Shown one piece after another: positions 50,078 to 63,409 of a stretch of DNA of 64,000 nucleotides; the stretch's first letter is position 1, and each line of letters starts with the position of its first letter. The DNA lies in the NCBI RefSeq assembly GCF_963921235.1, contig NC_086108.1:30754001-30818000 (forward strand), written 5' to 3'. The notes beneath the pieces are model-generated. The model was given only the letters and a program-made list of their open reading frames with translations. It searched no databases and was not told the origin of the DNA. The DNA is from Mobula hypostoma (Eukaryota). The translations under genes were made by a program, and so were the position numbers.

Positions 50078-51169
50078 ACATTTCCTTCCTTATGCCTGTT
50101 TAATCATACAAATAATACATTTTATGTGGCTACAATTAACTCAGCTTATTACATCCTGTATGTTCCTTGACCTCCATTTATTTTCAAGCTTGTCACTTTC
50201 CCTATACAAAGACTATTACAGGATTCATATCTATGGTCATTGCTGGTCAGGAATTTCATACACTGACTGTTTAAGATTATTTAGCCAAGGATCTTAAGAG
50301 TCATGGAGTTGTATTAGCTCTGTGGTGGTGCAATTAATAGAGGCTATTCACTGAATGTGCAAGCCTTTACTATTTATAGTTTAACTTGAGGAATTTTCTG
50401 TCCCAAGTAAATTACTTCTTGTTGCAATTGTGCCTTGTCCAAATTTGCTTTGTGACCCTGGGAGGACAACTAATCAAATAAATCAAGGACAAACAAGAGG
50501 AAATTTGCAGATGTTGGAAATCCAAGCAACACACACAAAATAAAGCTCATCTCGTTTGTGCTGGTCACCTCTGAACTCATTCATCATTAAGCAGAAGGAT
50601 TTTGGGGTTGACTGGCTTTCACACTGTAGGTCTGAGCTCCCACCATGGCCCTCAGAAGAGGGGTAGATTGCCTTGGAGGTTGGGATGTCAGCCATCTGAC
50701 AGTGCACGCTCCAGGTAGTCCTGGCTTAACTCATCATTGTTTCATTATTGCATTGCAAAGTATTAGTGAGTAAAAGTTTCCTTATTTTTGCCTTAACCTG
50801 TGACCACGTCATTGCTTGCCTCATGAAGTATTCACAAATGACAGAGCTCAGTTACTCTGCCGTCGTTCTGAGCTTGAAGTGCAGCACCTGACTGGACCCC
50901 TGTGAAGGTAAGTCCCACACTTGCCAAGTATCCTTCACCCCATCACTCTTCTCCAACTCTCAGATCTCTGCACACCTTCCACTTCTCCAACAACACCCAA
51001 ACTGGCCCAGCCACTTACTTGTCTCCTGACTCCGATCCTGAATCCATTTGGCATCACTTTCCTTAATGTTGCAGCTTCTGGTAATAAAACCATAATCTTC
51101 AATGAGGACCTGCTGCAATTAAATCCACAAGTTGAAATGACTTTGACACAAATTCCGGGCTGGAAACGT

Positions 51170-52700
51170 TAGTTCCTTTGTACAAGCATGTGCAAAGTTG
51201 GGAGCTCGGTTTGCCCTTCTTGATCTTTTATACAAGCTTGGAGCCAGAGCTGCTGGTGACTTAATCACATCATCGCACATGCCCACCAATCTTAATTTGG
51301 TTCCAGCTGCAGAATCTAAGTGAGATTTTGCCTTTTCAGCAGCTGGCACGTGGACTATCTTCGCCCAACACTATTCGACTGCTGCCTTCTTATCTCCAAT
51401 GATTCACCATGTCTGTTCCTGAATCAGAGCTCCCCTCTGCAGAGTGTGACATAACAGGATCTGAAGTGGCTGCTCCTAATGTCACACTGAATGATCAAAT
51501 ACTCTCTTCTTCATTGCTCTCAAGCTTGGAGGTTGTCATTTACCTAGTCAGTTGGATGGTCTTGATTATCTGAAAGAAGAATTACAAAAAGTTAGCAGGC
51601 AATTGCAGTAAGTAGTTAAGAGGGCAAATGACATGTTGGCCTTCATTGCAAAGGGATTGGAGTTTAGAAATAGGCAGGTTTGTTACAAGGAAACACGGTT
51701 TTAGGGAGTCCACGTCTGTGTACTGTGCACAGTTTTGATCCTACCTAATAAAGCTCATAGTAGCATTGGAGGATAACTTAAAGAAATTCATTAGACTAAT
51801 TCCTGGTCTAGGAGGATTGTTCTAACAAGAGAGAGCAGACAGTTGTGTAAACATGCTTTGGAGTTCAAGAAAATTAGGAGTGATCTTATGGAAACATCAC
51901 AATTTAAAGCAGACATGACATGGTAGAGTATAAACATGAGAAAGTCAGCAGACTGGTCCTGAAGAAGGATCTCGGCCCAAAACCTTGACTGTTTATTCAT
52001 TTCCATAGATGCTGCCTGACCTGCTGAGTTCCTCCAGCATTTTGTGTGTGTTGACACAGCAGATGTCAAGTTTTCTTCATTGGTGTGAAAATCAGGAATC
52101 TGAAGACATAGTTTCATGATAAGGGGCCATTCATTTAACACTGAAGTACTTACAAACGTAGAAAATTCCTATAGTTGAAGGTGGTGAATCATTGAAATAC
52201 TGTGCCCTGAAATTGTGGAGGTCACATGACAGGAACCATTTGGGTGTGGGTACATACATTTTTTGAAAGATCGGGGAACTGAGAGCTATGGGGATTTGGC
52301 ACAGAGGAGAATAAAGGCTAGTGCAGGTTATGATCACATTGAATGGTAGGGCAGACTTGAGATGTCCAGGAGGCCTCTTTCTGCTCTTGTTTTCTTGCAT
52401 TCTTGTGAAAAGGAGAGGTCAAGTGTGTGCACTATCTGCAATTGTAAATTAAAAGACTGCGTGGGATGATGGGTAAATGGAATATGAGAACTGGGATTAG
52501 ATAAAGCATATATCTAACTTACTATTTTTATTAAACTTTTTTCCTTCTAAGCTGAAGACTTTGGAGCTTCAATGAATAGCAGTGCTGCTGAGTATGCACT
52601 CTGTCCGTCATACCAATAATTGTCAACACAGGCAACTCCAACCAAGTGAGCTGGACCTGGGCTTGTCCCTCTGCATCATCTGCATTGCTTTTCGCTCCTA
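51170..52700 (-). pseudogene. Possible PIF/Harbinger Myb/SANT-like ORF remnant (two pieces split by CR1)
   Basis: EGQAQVQLTWLELPVLTIIG resembles the GG...LT.LE..VL.I.G block that follows Myb/SANT domains; acceptor-like ttctttctttcag near 51570. Very decayed. Confidence 0.3.
51580..52405 (+). mobile_element. Decayed CR1 3' part with an inserted Penelope terminus (51925-52053)
   Basis: agggcaaatgacatgttggccttcattgca; insert gtcctgaagaaggatctcggcccaaaaccttgac...ctccagcattttgtgtgtg. Confidence 0.7.
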
Positions 52701-52939
52701 ATAGAGTGAGACCATAAAACCACAAAGTATGGGATCAGAACTTGGCCATTTGGCCCATTGAATCATGACTGAATTTTTAACCCTCTTCCCCGCCTTCTCC
52801 ACGTAAACTTTAATCCTCCTTTCCCCCTCTCGCTTTTAAGAATCAAGAATCTATCAATTTCTACCTTAAATACACCCAAAGGTTTGGCTTCTGCAGCACT
52901 CTGAGGCAACAAATTGAATCTTGAATCTTGAAATCAAAT

Positions 52940-53160
52940 CATTTAGTATTGTGCGAGGCAGCCCACAAGAGTCACCATGCTTTCAGCACCAACATAACAT
53001 GCCTACAACTCACTAACCCTAATCAAATGCACTTGGAATGTGGTAGGAGACCAGAGCACCAGTGGGAAACCATATCGTCATGGGAAGAATGTATAAACAC
53101 CTTACATGCAGTGTCAGGAAAGCTGATGCTGTAATGCAAAATGCTAACTGCTATGCCACT
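52940..53160 (-). mobile_element. HE1/V-SINE-like SINE remnant
   Basis: ttggaatgtggtaggagaccagagcacc...gggaagaatgtataaacaccttaca; similar to 63735-63912. Confidence 0.55.
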
Positions 53161-53199
53161 GGGCCATTCTAATCTACAGAGGCATGAGAAAGGATTTGG

Positions 53200-55220
53200 C
53201 CAAAGTTGAGTAGAAGATGTTACTAGTAGGGGTGAGGATACAGCAATGGTTTCTGGGAGCAATTTGGATGATAAATTTTCAGGATCAGTTCATCCCAAAG
53301 AAGAAGATGCATTCTAAAAAGAAGATGAGTCAATCATGGCTGACAAGGGAAGTCAAACACAGCATAAAAGCAAAAGAGAGGGCATACAATATAGCGAAAA
53401 ATAGTGTGAAGCTACAGGATTGGAAAGCTCTCAAAAACTGACAGAAATCAGCTAAAAAAGTAATAAGGAGAGAAAAGGTGAAAGATGAAGGTAAGCTAGC
53501 CAATAATATAAAAGGAGGTTCGAAAGTTTTTTTCATATATATCAGTAGTGAAAGAGAGGCAAAAGTGGACATTGGACTGCAGGAAACTGATACTAGAGAA
53601 GCAGGAATAGGGTACAAAGTAATGGTAGCTGAACTGAATAAGTATTTTGCATCAGTCTTCACAGTGGACGACACAGCAGCATGCCAGAAATTCAAGAGAG
53701 TCGTGGGGCAGAAGTAAGTGAAGTCACTATTATTAAGGAGAAAGCACTTGGGTAGCTGAAAGGTCTGAAGATAGCTAAGTCACCTGGACCAGATGGATTA
53801 TACTCTTGTGTTCTGAAAAAGTTTTAGCGGTGATCTTTCAAGAATCACTAGATTCTGGAATGCTTGCAGGGGACTGGAAAATCGCAAATGCCACTCCAAT
53901 CTTTAAGAAGGGGGAGATGGACAAAAAACAAGAAATCATTAGCCTGACAGTGATTGATAAGATATTAGAGTCCATTATTATGAATAAAGTTTCAGAGTAC
54001 TTAGAGGCATATGGTAAAATAGGTCAACATCAGCGTGGTTTCCTTCAGGAGAAATCTTGCCTGACAAATCTGTTGGAATTCTTTGAGAAAGTATCAGGCA
54101 GGATAGATAAAACAGAGTCTGTTAATGTTGTTTAGTTGGATTTTCAGAAGGCCATTGACAAAGTGCCACACATAAGGCTGCTAAACAATTAAAGGAAAGA
54201 TAATGCATGGAATTGGCTGATATTCAGATGGCAAAGACTGAGATTAAAGGAGGCTTTTTCCGGTCGGCTGCTGGTGACTTAGTGGTGCTTTGCAAGGTTT
54301 GGGTGTTGGGACCACTACTTTTTTGCATTATATGTTAATGATCTGGGTGAATGAATTGATGGCTTTGTGACTAAGGTTGCAGCTGATCCAAAGATAGGTG
54401 GAGGAGGAGCAGATAGTGTTGAGGAAGCTGGAGTCTGCATGAAGGACTTGGACAGACTAGGGGAATGATGTATAGCGATATGTATGGTCATGCACTTCAG
54501 TAGAAGGATTAAAGGCATACTATTTTCCAAACGGTGAGCAAATTCAAAATTCTGAGTTGCAAAGGGACTTCGGAATCCAGGTGCAAGATTCCCTAAAAGT
54601 TAACTAGCAGGTTGAATTGGTATTAAGGAAAGCAAATACAGCGTCAGCATTCATTTCAAGGGGACCAGAGTATAATACAAGAATGTAATGCTGAGGCTTT
54701 ATAAGGCAATGGCCATATCTAAGTAAGGATGGACTGGCATTGAAGAGGTCCCATAGAAGGTTTACATGAACGATCCTGGGATTAATGTATGATGAGCTTT
54801 TCATAGTTCTGGGCTTGTACTGGTTGGAAATTAAAAGAATGAGGGGTTTGCATTGAAACCTATCGAATATTTAAAGTTCTTGATAGGATGAACATGGAGA
54901 AAATGTTTTTAATGGTAGGAGAGTCTTGGCCCAGAATGCACACCCTCAGAATTGAAGGACATGCCTCTAAAATAGCGATGAGGAGGAACTTCTTTAGCCA
55001 GAGTTTGGTGAATCTTTAGAATTCATTGCCATAGATGACTGTGGAAACTAAGTCATTGGGTATATTTAAATCACAGGTTGATAGATTCTTGATTTTTAGG
55101 GTCAGCAAAGGTTATGAGGAGAATGCAGGAGACTGGGACTGAGAGTGAAAATGTCAGCCCTGATTGATTGGCAGCATGGCTTGAATGGCCTAATTCTGCT
55201 GAAATGACTTATGGTTTTAT
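53200..55220 (+). mobile_element. Decayed CR1 ORF2 to 3' end
   Basis: KYFASVFT, DWKIANATPIFKKG, KSCLTNLLEFFE; tail ttatggttttat. Confidence 0.88.
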
Positions 55221-56029
55221 TGAATCTCTTTCCTTCTGCCTATCTCACTTTCTGAGGAGACCACGCTATGTCTGAAAATCAGTTTGCCCATTCTCTAATA
55301 TGTATCATCTTAAGTTGCCCAGCCTTCCAAGGGAATGACCACCACAGCCAATTGCAGTCATGGTCATCTGCCCTTTAAGAGAGATAGGCATGGCTTAAGG
55401 GTGTACTAATCATCTTTAACTAGACTGAGCCATACATGGTGCTCATAGAGAATAGAAAGTGCAGTTAGTATTTCCTGGATGCAGAAACAATAGCAATGGA
55501 AATGTATGATTCAGCGCCAGGTCAAATACTTGAAATAAGACCAGTATCCCAGCACACAATTTCCAGCATGATCTAGTTTACATAACTTAATTGCACCCCA
55601 GTGAACTTGAGAGATAAAAGCATTAATTTTCAGTTCTGTAAGCTCTTTCAAATTTTAAGCAAAGTATTCTTGGCTTTCCTTCTTTTTCTATCTGTGAGAT
55701 TTCCTCTCAGTGGCTTCTTTCCTGCATGATGACATAATTGTTGCTGGAATTCAGACATCTTTGAGCTGACAATGTACATCAACTAGAGTTGGGAAATGGG
55801 AAATCCTTGCCAGGGGCCACAAGACCATTTCATGCAGTTTCTTGAAACTCCATTGTGAAAGTTTAAGGCCAATCTTTCAGTACTTGAGTTTATTAAAATG
55901 ATTTAAAACAGAAACAAAGGAAACTTGGTCATTTTTTTGGAGTAAAATGCACTTAAAACTGAATTTTGTTCTTCCCTCCCACTTTAGTTCCAGAGTCAGA
56001 GGCCTTTAGTTCCACAGGCCCAACAACAT

Positions 56030-56490
56030 CAGCCACACTCCCACTGATTGCTAAAACAGGGTAGAATTATTTTGTGGAGAGACAAGAGACGACAGATGTT
56101 GGAATCTGAAGATATGTTATCTTTTGGAGTAACACAATGAGGACTCTCTGTTCTGTCTGGAGGGACTGGTGATAAGGGTAGAAGTAGGAGAAGTAGAGAA
56201 GATGTGAGAGAGGGCTGCATCAAGCATAGCTTGACACACTTCCTGAAAAAGGAGGACTTTTGGGATGTCCTGGAGCAGAAAGTGTCAACTCCGCAACAGA
56301 TGTGTCATAAATGGAGAAATTTGGAGAAGGGAATGGCATCCTTCCGAGAGGCAGTCTGAGAACAGATGTGGACCAAAAGCAGTGGGACTCAATGTGTCAG
56401 TTCTGATGTAGAGTTTCTAACCAAGATGTTGTCACTCCTTTTATTCCACAGATCTGCTTGACACGCTGAGTTCCTCCAGCAGATTGTTTG
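56030..56490. mobile_element. Penelope remnant (inverted ORF piece plus terminus)
   Basis: cagttctgatgtagag...gatctgcttgacacgctgagttcctccagcag. Confidence 0.5.
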
Positions 56491-56506
56491 TAAAATTGTT
56501 TTAAAC

Positions 56507-56946
56507 TTAGGTTGAGAATAGGTTGAGTGAACTCGGCCTTTTCTCCTTGGAGTGACAGAGGATGAGAGGTGACCTGATAGAAGTGTATAAGATGATGAGA
56601 GGCATTGATCATGTAGATAGTCAGAGGCTTTTTCCCAGGGCTGAAATGACTAGCACGAGAAGGCACAGTTTTAAGGTGCTTGGAAGTAGGTACAAAGGAG
56701 ATATCAGGGGTAAATTTTTTATGCAGAGAGTGGTGAGTGCGTGAAATGGGCTGCCGGTGACGGTGGTGGAGGCGGATATGATAGAGTCTTTTAAGAGACT
56801 CCTGGATAGGTATATGGAGCTCAGAAAAATAGAGGGCTTTGGGTAACCCTGGGTAATTTCTCAGGTAAGGACATGTTCGGTACAGCTTTGCGGGCCGAAG
56901 GGCTTGTATTGTGCTGTAGCTTTTCCATGTTTTTGTACTCTCTATG
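56507..56946 (+). mobile_element. CR1 3' fragment
   Basis: MRGDLIEVYKMMRGIDHVDSQRLFPR. Confidence 0.9.
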
Positions 56947-56974
56947 CTAAAAAAATTCATGTTTAAAAATATAA

Positions 56975-57200
56975 ACACATGAGAATATACAGACTCTGGA
57001 AATCCAGAATAACACGCACAAGATTTCAGGAGGAACACAGCAGGTCAGGCAGTTTCAATGCAAAGGAATAAAGAGCTGATATTTCAGGCCATGACCCTTT
57101 ATCAGGACTGAAGGATCTCAGTCCAAAATGTTGCTTTTTTATTACTCTCCATGGGGATGCAGCCTGACACATTGTGTTCCTCCAGCATTTTGTGTGTATT
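56975..57200. mobile_element. Penelope-derived palindromic element
   Basis: cagcaggtcaggcag / cagcctgacacattgtgttcctccagcattttg arms; centre ccctttatcaggactgaaggatctc. Confidence 0.7.
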
Positions 57201-57269
57201 ATCATGCTTGAAAACGCCTGGCTCCCATGAAAGATTATCAAGTTTACTAGCAATCAAGATTGTTTATTG

Positions 57270-57690
57270 GGGATGACATTATGGCACAACTGGTAGAACT
57301 GCTCTCTTACAGCACCAGTGACCCAGGTCTAATCCTGACCTCAGGTGCTGGCCTGTGTGAGCTTGCACATTCTCCTTGCAACTGCAACGGTGTCTTCCAG
57401 TTTCCTCCCATATCAGAATCAGAATTGGATTTATTATCGCGGACAAATGTCGTGAAATTTGCTGCTTTGTTTCAGCAGTGTAGTCCAATGCATAAAAATC
57501 ACTATGTTACAATAAAAATGTAAGCAAATAATGCAAAAGAGGAATAGCAAGCTTGTGTTCATAGGTTCATGGATTATTTATAAATCTGATAGAGGAAGGC
57601 ACATCCAATTGGTCAATTAATTGACCTGTATAAATAGCTCCTGGTGTGTAGGTGAGTGGCAGAATCTGTAGTGAGTCAATGACAGAGAAT
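57270..57690 (+). mobile_element. tRNA-derived HE1/V-SINE-like element, interrupted by a Rex1-type tail (57411-57600, minus)
   Basis: A-box-like tggcacaactggta, B-box-like ggtctaatcc, core gcttgcacattctcc...ccagtttcctccca. Confidence 0.7.
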
Positions 57691-60600
57691 CTTTAACACA
57701 GAAAGTTGCCCAGAGACTTACAAAACCAGATTTAGGTAAGAGAAACACCAACGCAAGTATATCCTCGTATAGCTGAACGATTGCTTAGTCAGGAATGTTG
57801 CCAGAAGCAGGAATGGGGTGGACTTACATGATGTACCAGAAAGGTATATTAAGGTGAATTAAGGTAATTCCGAAATAATACTTTGCAGCAATAAGCAGCA
57901 AATATTATTAGCATAAAACCTTTTGAACTTACTCGAAGATCTATCTTCAGATCACAATTATGACTTTTTATATATGTCTATAGACCAGGTACAGATCGAT
58001 GGGACTAGGCAGAATAACAATTTATCATGGATTAGATGGGCTGAAGGGCACGCTTATGTGCTATGACTCTATGATATTGTTTATTATCATTGTAAATAAA
58101 CCAAATCCAAATGTAGAGACTAGTAAAGTATGAGGCTCCTGATTTTGGCTTAACTGCTTCACTTAATTGTAGTTGCATTTCCCTGTGGGGCTTTTCACTG
58201 GAACTAAATATATGTTGGAGAGTCAAAAAGCACGACATCCCTCAATAAGTGAACACGTAACAGCAACTCTGTATTGTCTGAACGCTCTTAGACAAGATAC
58301 TGCAACTTCTGGAATGCTGACGAAACTGGAAATACTCAGCAGGTCTCTCAGCAGATGTGGGAAAAAGAGAAACAGCTAAAATTTCAGATTGATGAGCTCA
58401 TTAACCTGCAATTCTGTTTAAACGTCATTTCTCTGTCTCTCGTTGCAGCATGACCACCCGACCTTCTGTTTTATTGGAGCCTCTTCACTGAGCAGCACAC
58501 AAGTAATGATCACAATACTGAATTCAATGTTAAAAAAGGAAAAAAAAAAAGAAAAAGAAAAGAAGTCTTAAAAATAGCTATTTAAGTTTTTCTTTGTCAA
58601 TCTCTAAGTCAGTTGATTCTTAGCACCAGAATTTACTTGGCAATAGAATCATAGAGTCATAGTCATGGAGCACACAGCATGGTTCCTTTGGCTCAATCAG
58701 TAGATGCCACCATGGTGCCCACCCAATTAGTCAAAAGTTCCAGTATCTGGCCCATATCCCTCCAAACCCCACACAATAATGTGCATCTTAAATGATCCAG
58801 TTGTATCTGCCTGAACCACTTGCTCTGGTAGCTCATTCCATATAGTCACCACCTTATGCATGAACAAGTTGCCTTTTAAATCTTTCCCCTCTCACCCTAA
58901 ATCTATGCCTCTTAGTTCTGGGCTCTCCTACCCTGGGGAAAAGACTGTTATTACCCACAATATCTGTAGCTCTGATTATTTTAAACATTTCTATAAGTTT
59001 GCCCCTCATATCCTGCAATCCAAAATGTCAACATTTCCTTTCCTCCCACAGTGCTGCTTGACACACCGAATTCTTCCAATAGGTTGTTTGTTGGTCCTGA
59101 TGCCAGTGTCTGTGATCTCTTGTGTGTTCATTTATAAAGCACCCTTGACAAACTCAGGATATCTCAAAATGTTCCACAGCTAATTATTTTTTTAGATAGA
59201 CACTTTATTGATCCCAAAGAAAATTACAGTGCCGCAGTAGCATTACAAGTGCACAGCTAAACAAATATTAGCAGAGAAGTAAGAATACAATATAAATTAC
59301 CTTATAAATAAGATGTACAAGATTTACACAATCTCCAAGTTAATGCTGATAAGATGGTAGTGGAAGAATTACAGTAATATTATACAATAATGGGTGCACA
59401 TTCACATTGTCCAGATAGGAAGTGAATCACTTTTGAAGCACAGGGTAAAATGAGCAGCTAACTTACACCTACCTCACAGATTAATACAGATAAAAGCAGG
59501 AAATAAGGAGAATATTGAACACATTTATACACCTTTCTGGGTAGACCAAGAAAATCTTAAGGGTCATAAATAGTGCCAAAGAGAAATTTTTGAGTGTGAA
59601 GCATACTAGGCAACATAGTTTAATGCCCTTGTAATCTAACCAATCCCAGAAGGTTTATCATTCTACGTCTAATACTGATTTGACATCAGCTCTGCTTCCT
59701 TTGGAACCATATTTCAGTGTACCCCACTTAACTTTGTTTAGCTGGAAATACATTTATGGTATGAATGAATCCTTGACATCACAAGGTAAAGGCATTCATT
59801 AAAGATTCACAGCTTGATTATTCTACCAGTTATTCATGTGACTCCACCCATATTTTTGCTTTTTTCTACAGGAAAGGATTCAGACATCAACAAGTAATGC
59901 TCTGCCTGGGAATGAAGTATTGTTTGGTTAAATTAGAGACCTGTGCCCAATTTAAATTGTAGTTGATGTGAGCTGTATCGTGAGCCTTCCTTTTGGGGTA
60001 CAAGCTGACTGGAGAATGAGAAGGCATTCTTAGGGGCAAATGGACACTGAAATAGTATTAACACAATGATTTTCATAACTTACACACATTCAAAAGTTTC
60101 CACTGACCACTATCCCTTTTTGTGACACTTTCCCATCATGAAGTTATAGAGCAAGGAAAATGTCCTTTGGCCCAACTCATCCATACTGACCAAGGTGCCT
60201 ACTGAGCTAGTCCCAATTGTCTAAATTTGGAACATATCTCTGTGAACCTTTCCTATCCATGTACCCATCTAAAAGTCTTTTAAATATTGTACTTGTACTT
60301 GCCCCTACCACTTCCTCTGGCAGCTCACCCTATATACCCACCAGTCTCTGTATGAAAAAAAGATTACCTCAGTAAATTTTTTCCCTCTCACCTTAAAAAT
60401 ATGCCCTCTAGTTGTGGACATGAGAATTCTGCAGATGCTGGAGATATTGGGCAACCACAAAATACTGAAGGAACTCAGAAAGGTCTCAGCCAGAAACGTT
60501 AACTGTTTATTCTCCTCCATAGATGCTGCCTGACCTGTGGTGTTGCTCCAGCATTTTGTGTGTGTGTGTCCCTTTAACTTCAGATTCCTCTCACTATGTT

Positions 60601-60718
60601 TTCACTTTCAGGGAACTCTGTGCCCATACCCCCAGTTTACAACACTCTCTGTTCACTGCCCAGGCTTAACTTTCCAAAATACATCACTTCATACTTGTTA
60701 GAGTAAAATCGTGTTTAC

Positions 60719-60850
60719 CAGTCCTGCCGAAGGGTCTCAGCCTGAAAAGTTGACTGTACTCTTTCCCTAGATGCTGCCTGGCCTGCTGAGTTCCTCCAGA
60801 ATTTTGTGTGTGTTGCTTGGATTTCCAGCATCTGCAGATTTTCTCTCGTC
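60719..60850 (+). mobile_element. Penelope terminus with a degenerate hammerhead
   Basis: cagtc ctgccga agggtctcagcct gaaa agtt gactg...gatgctgcctggcctgctgagttcctccag. Confidence 0.75.
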
Positions 60851-60964
60851 TGCCATTCCTTTGCCCAGTTTCACGATTGATCTAGATCCCTTTAAAACAA
60901 TATATTCTTCATTGTCCTAGTTTATTTAGATCCAGTTCAAAAATGGCAACCTATTCCCATCTCA

Positions 60965-61430
60965 CCATGTAAGGTCAAGTCTTTCCGGGTGAAACACACA
61001 GAGTGCAGAAGGAGCTCAGTGGGTTAGGCTGCATCTGAGGAAGGGAATGGATAGGTGACATTTTGATCCCTGACATAACATTTTGACCACATCTGTAGTT
61101 TCCCTTGTGTTTCCAGGTGAAGCAACGACTCATTTGCACTTTCTTCAATCTACTGAATTGCATTTGGTGTCCCAATATACAGTAGTCTCATCTGCACTGG
61201 AGAAACCAAACACAGATTAAGCGATCACTTTGGGAAACTCCTGTGTTTAGGCTGAAGGGGTTCCCGTAAGTTTTCTGTTGTTGCCAATTTAAATGACCAC
61301 ACCCCTCCCACACTGACCTATCAGTCTGTGGCCTCTTCTATTGTTACAAGAAAGGCCAGCACAACATCTCATATTCCACCGGGGCACATTGAAGCCTTCT
61401 GAACTCAATACAGAATTCCACAACTTCATA
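60965..61430 (+). mobile_element. Old Penelope GIY-YIG remnant
   Basis: ttccaggtgaagcaacga...tgcactggagaaaccaaacacagattaagcgatcacttt parallels FQVR...YIGETQRRLGDRF. Confidence 0.7.
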
Positions 61431-61564
61431 TGGTGTACTTTATATTTAATTTATGTTCTTCTTGTGAAACCACTTAACTGATGCCACGTGCTTGAGATAC
61501 TGCTGCAATAAAGTTTTCCATTGCACCTATGCAGACATGCAGTAGGCTTGTGCACGTGACAATA

Positions 61565-62031
61565 CGAGGGGTGATTGATAAGATTGTGGCCTAACGTAGA
61601 CAAAGTCAATTTTAGAAAATCTAGCACATTTATTTTTCAACATAGTCAATAGAAGTCGGTGTTTTAGACCTCCAGCAAGCAGTCCACAGCAGGGATGTTT
61701 GATAAATTTGTGGCCTAAGGTAGAAGGAGATGAGTTATTAACTTCAAACTTTCTGCATAATCACTCAAAGAGTTGATCTGCACATGCATGTAACGAGAGC
61801 TGTGTAACTCATCTCCTTCTACCTTAGACCACAAACTTATCCATCACCCCTGCTGTGGACCAGTTCTGGAGGTCCAAGATGCCGACTTCTACAGAGAAGG
61901 GATCCGTATGCTCCACGACCGCTGGACTAAGTGTGTAAATGTAGGAGGGGACTATGTTGAAAAATAAATTTGCTAGGTTTTCTAAAATTGACTCCTTCTA
62001 TGCTGGGCCACAAATTTATCAATCACCCCTG
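61565..62031 (+). mobile_element. Mariner-derived fold-back MITE
   Basis: TA-flanked TIRs cgaggggtgattgataag / ttatcaatcacccctg; carries the mariner transposase C-terminus EGIRMLHDRWTKCVNVGGDYVEK*. Confidence 0.9.
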
Positions 62032-62139
62032 TAAATCAGCTTCAATTGTCTGTCTGTGATATTGGCTCAGATTAGATTCCAGGAATCCCCTGGAGTAAAG
62101 ATTTTGCTGCTGTATCTTAGGCTACTTTTTTATTCAGGG

Positions 62140-62458
62140 TATTATTGCAAAAAGGCAGCGTGCATCATTACGGACCCCCATCAACCAGGTCACACCGTGT
62201 TCTCATTGCTGCCATCAGGAAGCAGGTACAGAAGCCTGCAGGTACACACTCAATGATTAGTAACAGCTTCTTCCCCTGTCTTCTGAATGGATGATGAACC
62301 CACTTTTTTATTTCTATTTTTGCACCACTTATTTAATTTATTTATGTGTGTGTAATTCACAGGGTTTTTATATTATTATGTATTGCATTGTACTGGTACC
62401 ATGAAGACAACAAATTTCAGGACATATGCCAGTGACATTAAACCTGATTCTGATTCTG
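62140..62458 (+). mobile_element. Rex1-type 3' fragment
   Basis: KKAACIITDPHQPGHTVFSLLPSGSRYRSL; tail aaacctgattctgattctg. Confidence 0.85.
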
Positions 62459-62734
62459 CAATCAGCAATCCCCCTATTTATCGGTTTGCATCTTGTGGCA
62501 CTACGATTGTCTAGTTTTTGATTTAGAATTGGCTTGAGAAAGTCCCTCACAATTCCCTTGCTGAGTTACCAAGTAACGTTACAAAGAGCTCTAAAGTTCA
62601 GGATTTAATCTTCAGGCTGCACCTTAGGGTGAACACTGAGTGAGAATAACAACCAAGGGACAAGAATTTTGAAGAATGTTTGTACTAGTTGGAGGGCAAA
62701 TACTCTCAATATTGGGGGCATCCAAAAGGGGTTA

Positions 62735-63200
62735 GAGACGCATAGACTAGAGATGCTGAAATATAGAGCAAAAATCAAACTACTGATGGAACTCAGTGGG
62801 TTTGTCGGTGGTGGAGGGGAGTGGAAGAAGTGAAAAGAATTGTTAACATTTTGGGTTGAGACGTTGCATCTAGACAAAGAGTGGTGAGGGAAGATGGCTG
62901 GTCTAAAGAGGAGGAGAGGAGATTTGAGACAGATGTTGGTAAGTAGTTGGTAAACTGAGGAGAGGTGAAGAATGACATGAGGTAGATCCGGTGGGGGAGA
63001 GGGAGAGATTGAGTTGGGAGACAGAGGCAGGTGAACAAGTACACTCCTGTCTCAATCCATCTCCTCACCTCTTAATACTGGCATTCATTGCTCTCCACTC
63101 TCAGTCCTGATGCAGGGTCTTCACCCAAAACATCGACAATTCCCCCTCTCCTACTGATGCTGCTTGACCTGTAGAGTTCTTCCTGCAGTTAGTTTTTTTT
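62735..63200. mobile_element. Head-to-head Penelope 3'UTR/termini (old)
   Basis: Degenerate hammerhead motifs in opposite orientations at ~62845-62875 and 63102-63137. Confidence 0.6.
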
Positions 63201-63409
63201 TAACCTTGCTTCTGAAAATGGTTGCCGAATTCCCATTAAAAAAACTAAATAAGGAATTAAAATATAACATTTTCTCTGTGCTGTTTTATTTATTGGACCA
63301 ATGCATTAACAATAAGGGTGAAAGGTTGGTTTGAATAGATTGGCTTGTCAGAAACATTGTCATTAAGCCCTGCAGCATTAAACATCAACAATCAGAAACC
63401 TACTTATAC

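Noticed and set aside
56397..57038. 213-aa minus-strand ORF
   Set aside because: Antisense read-through of a CR1 3' fragment and Penelope termini.
57280..57345. tRNA gene
   Set aside because: Degenerate tRNA-derived SINE head; no complete cloverleaf.
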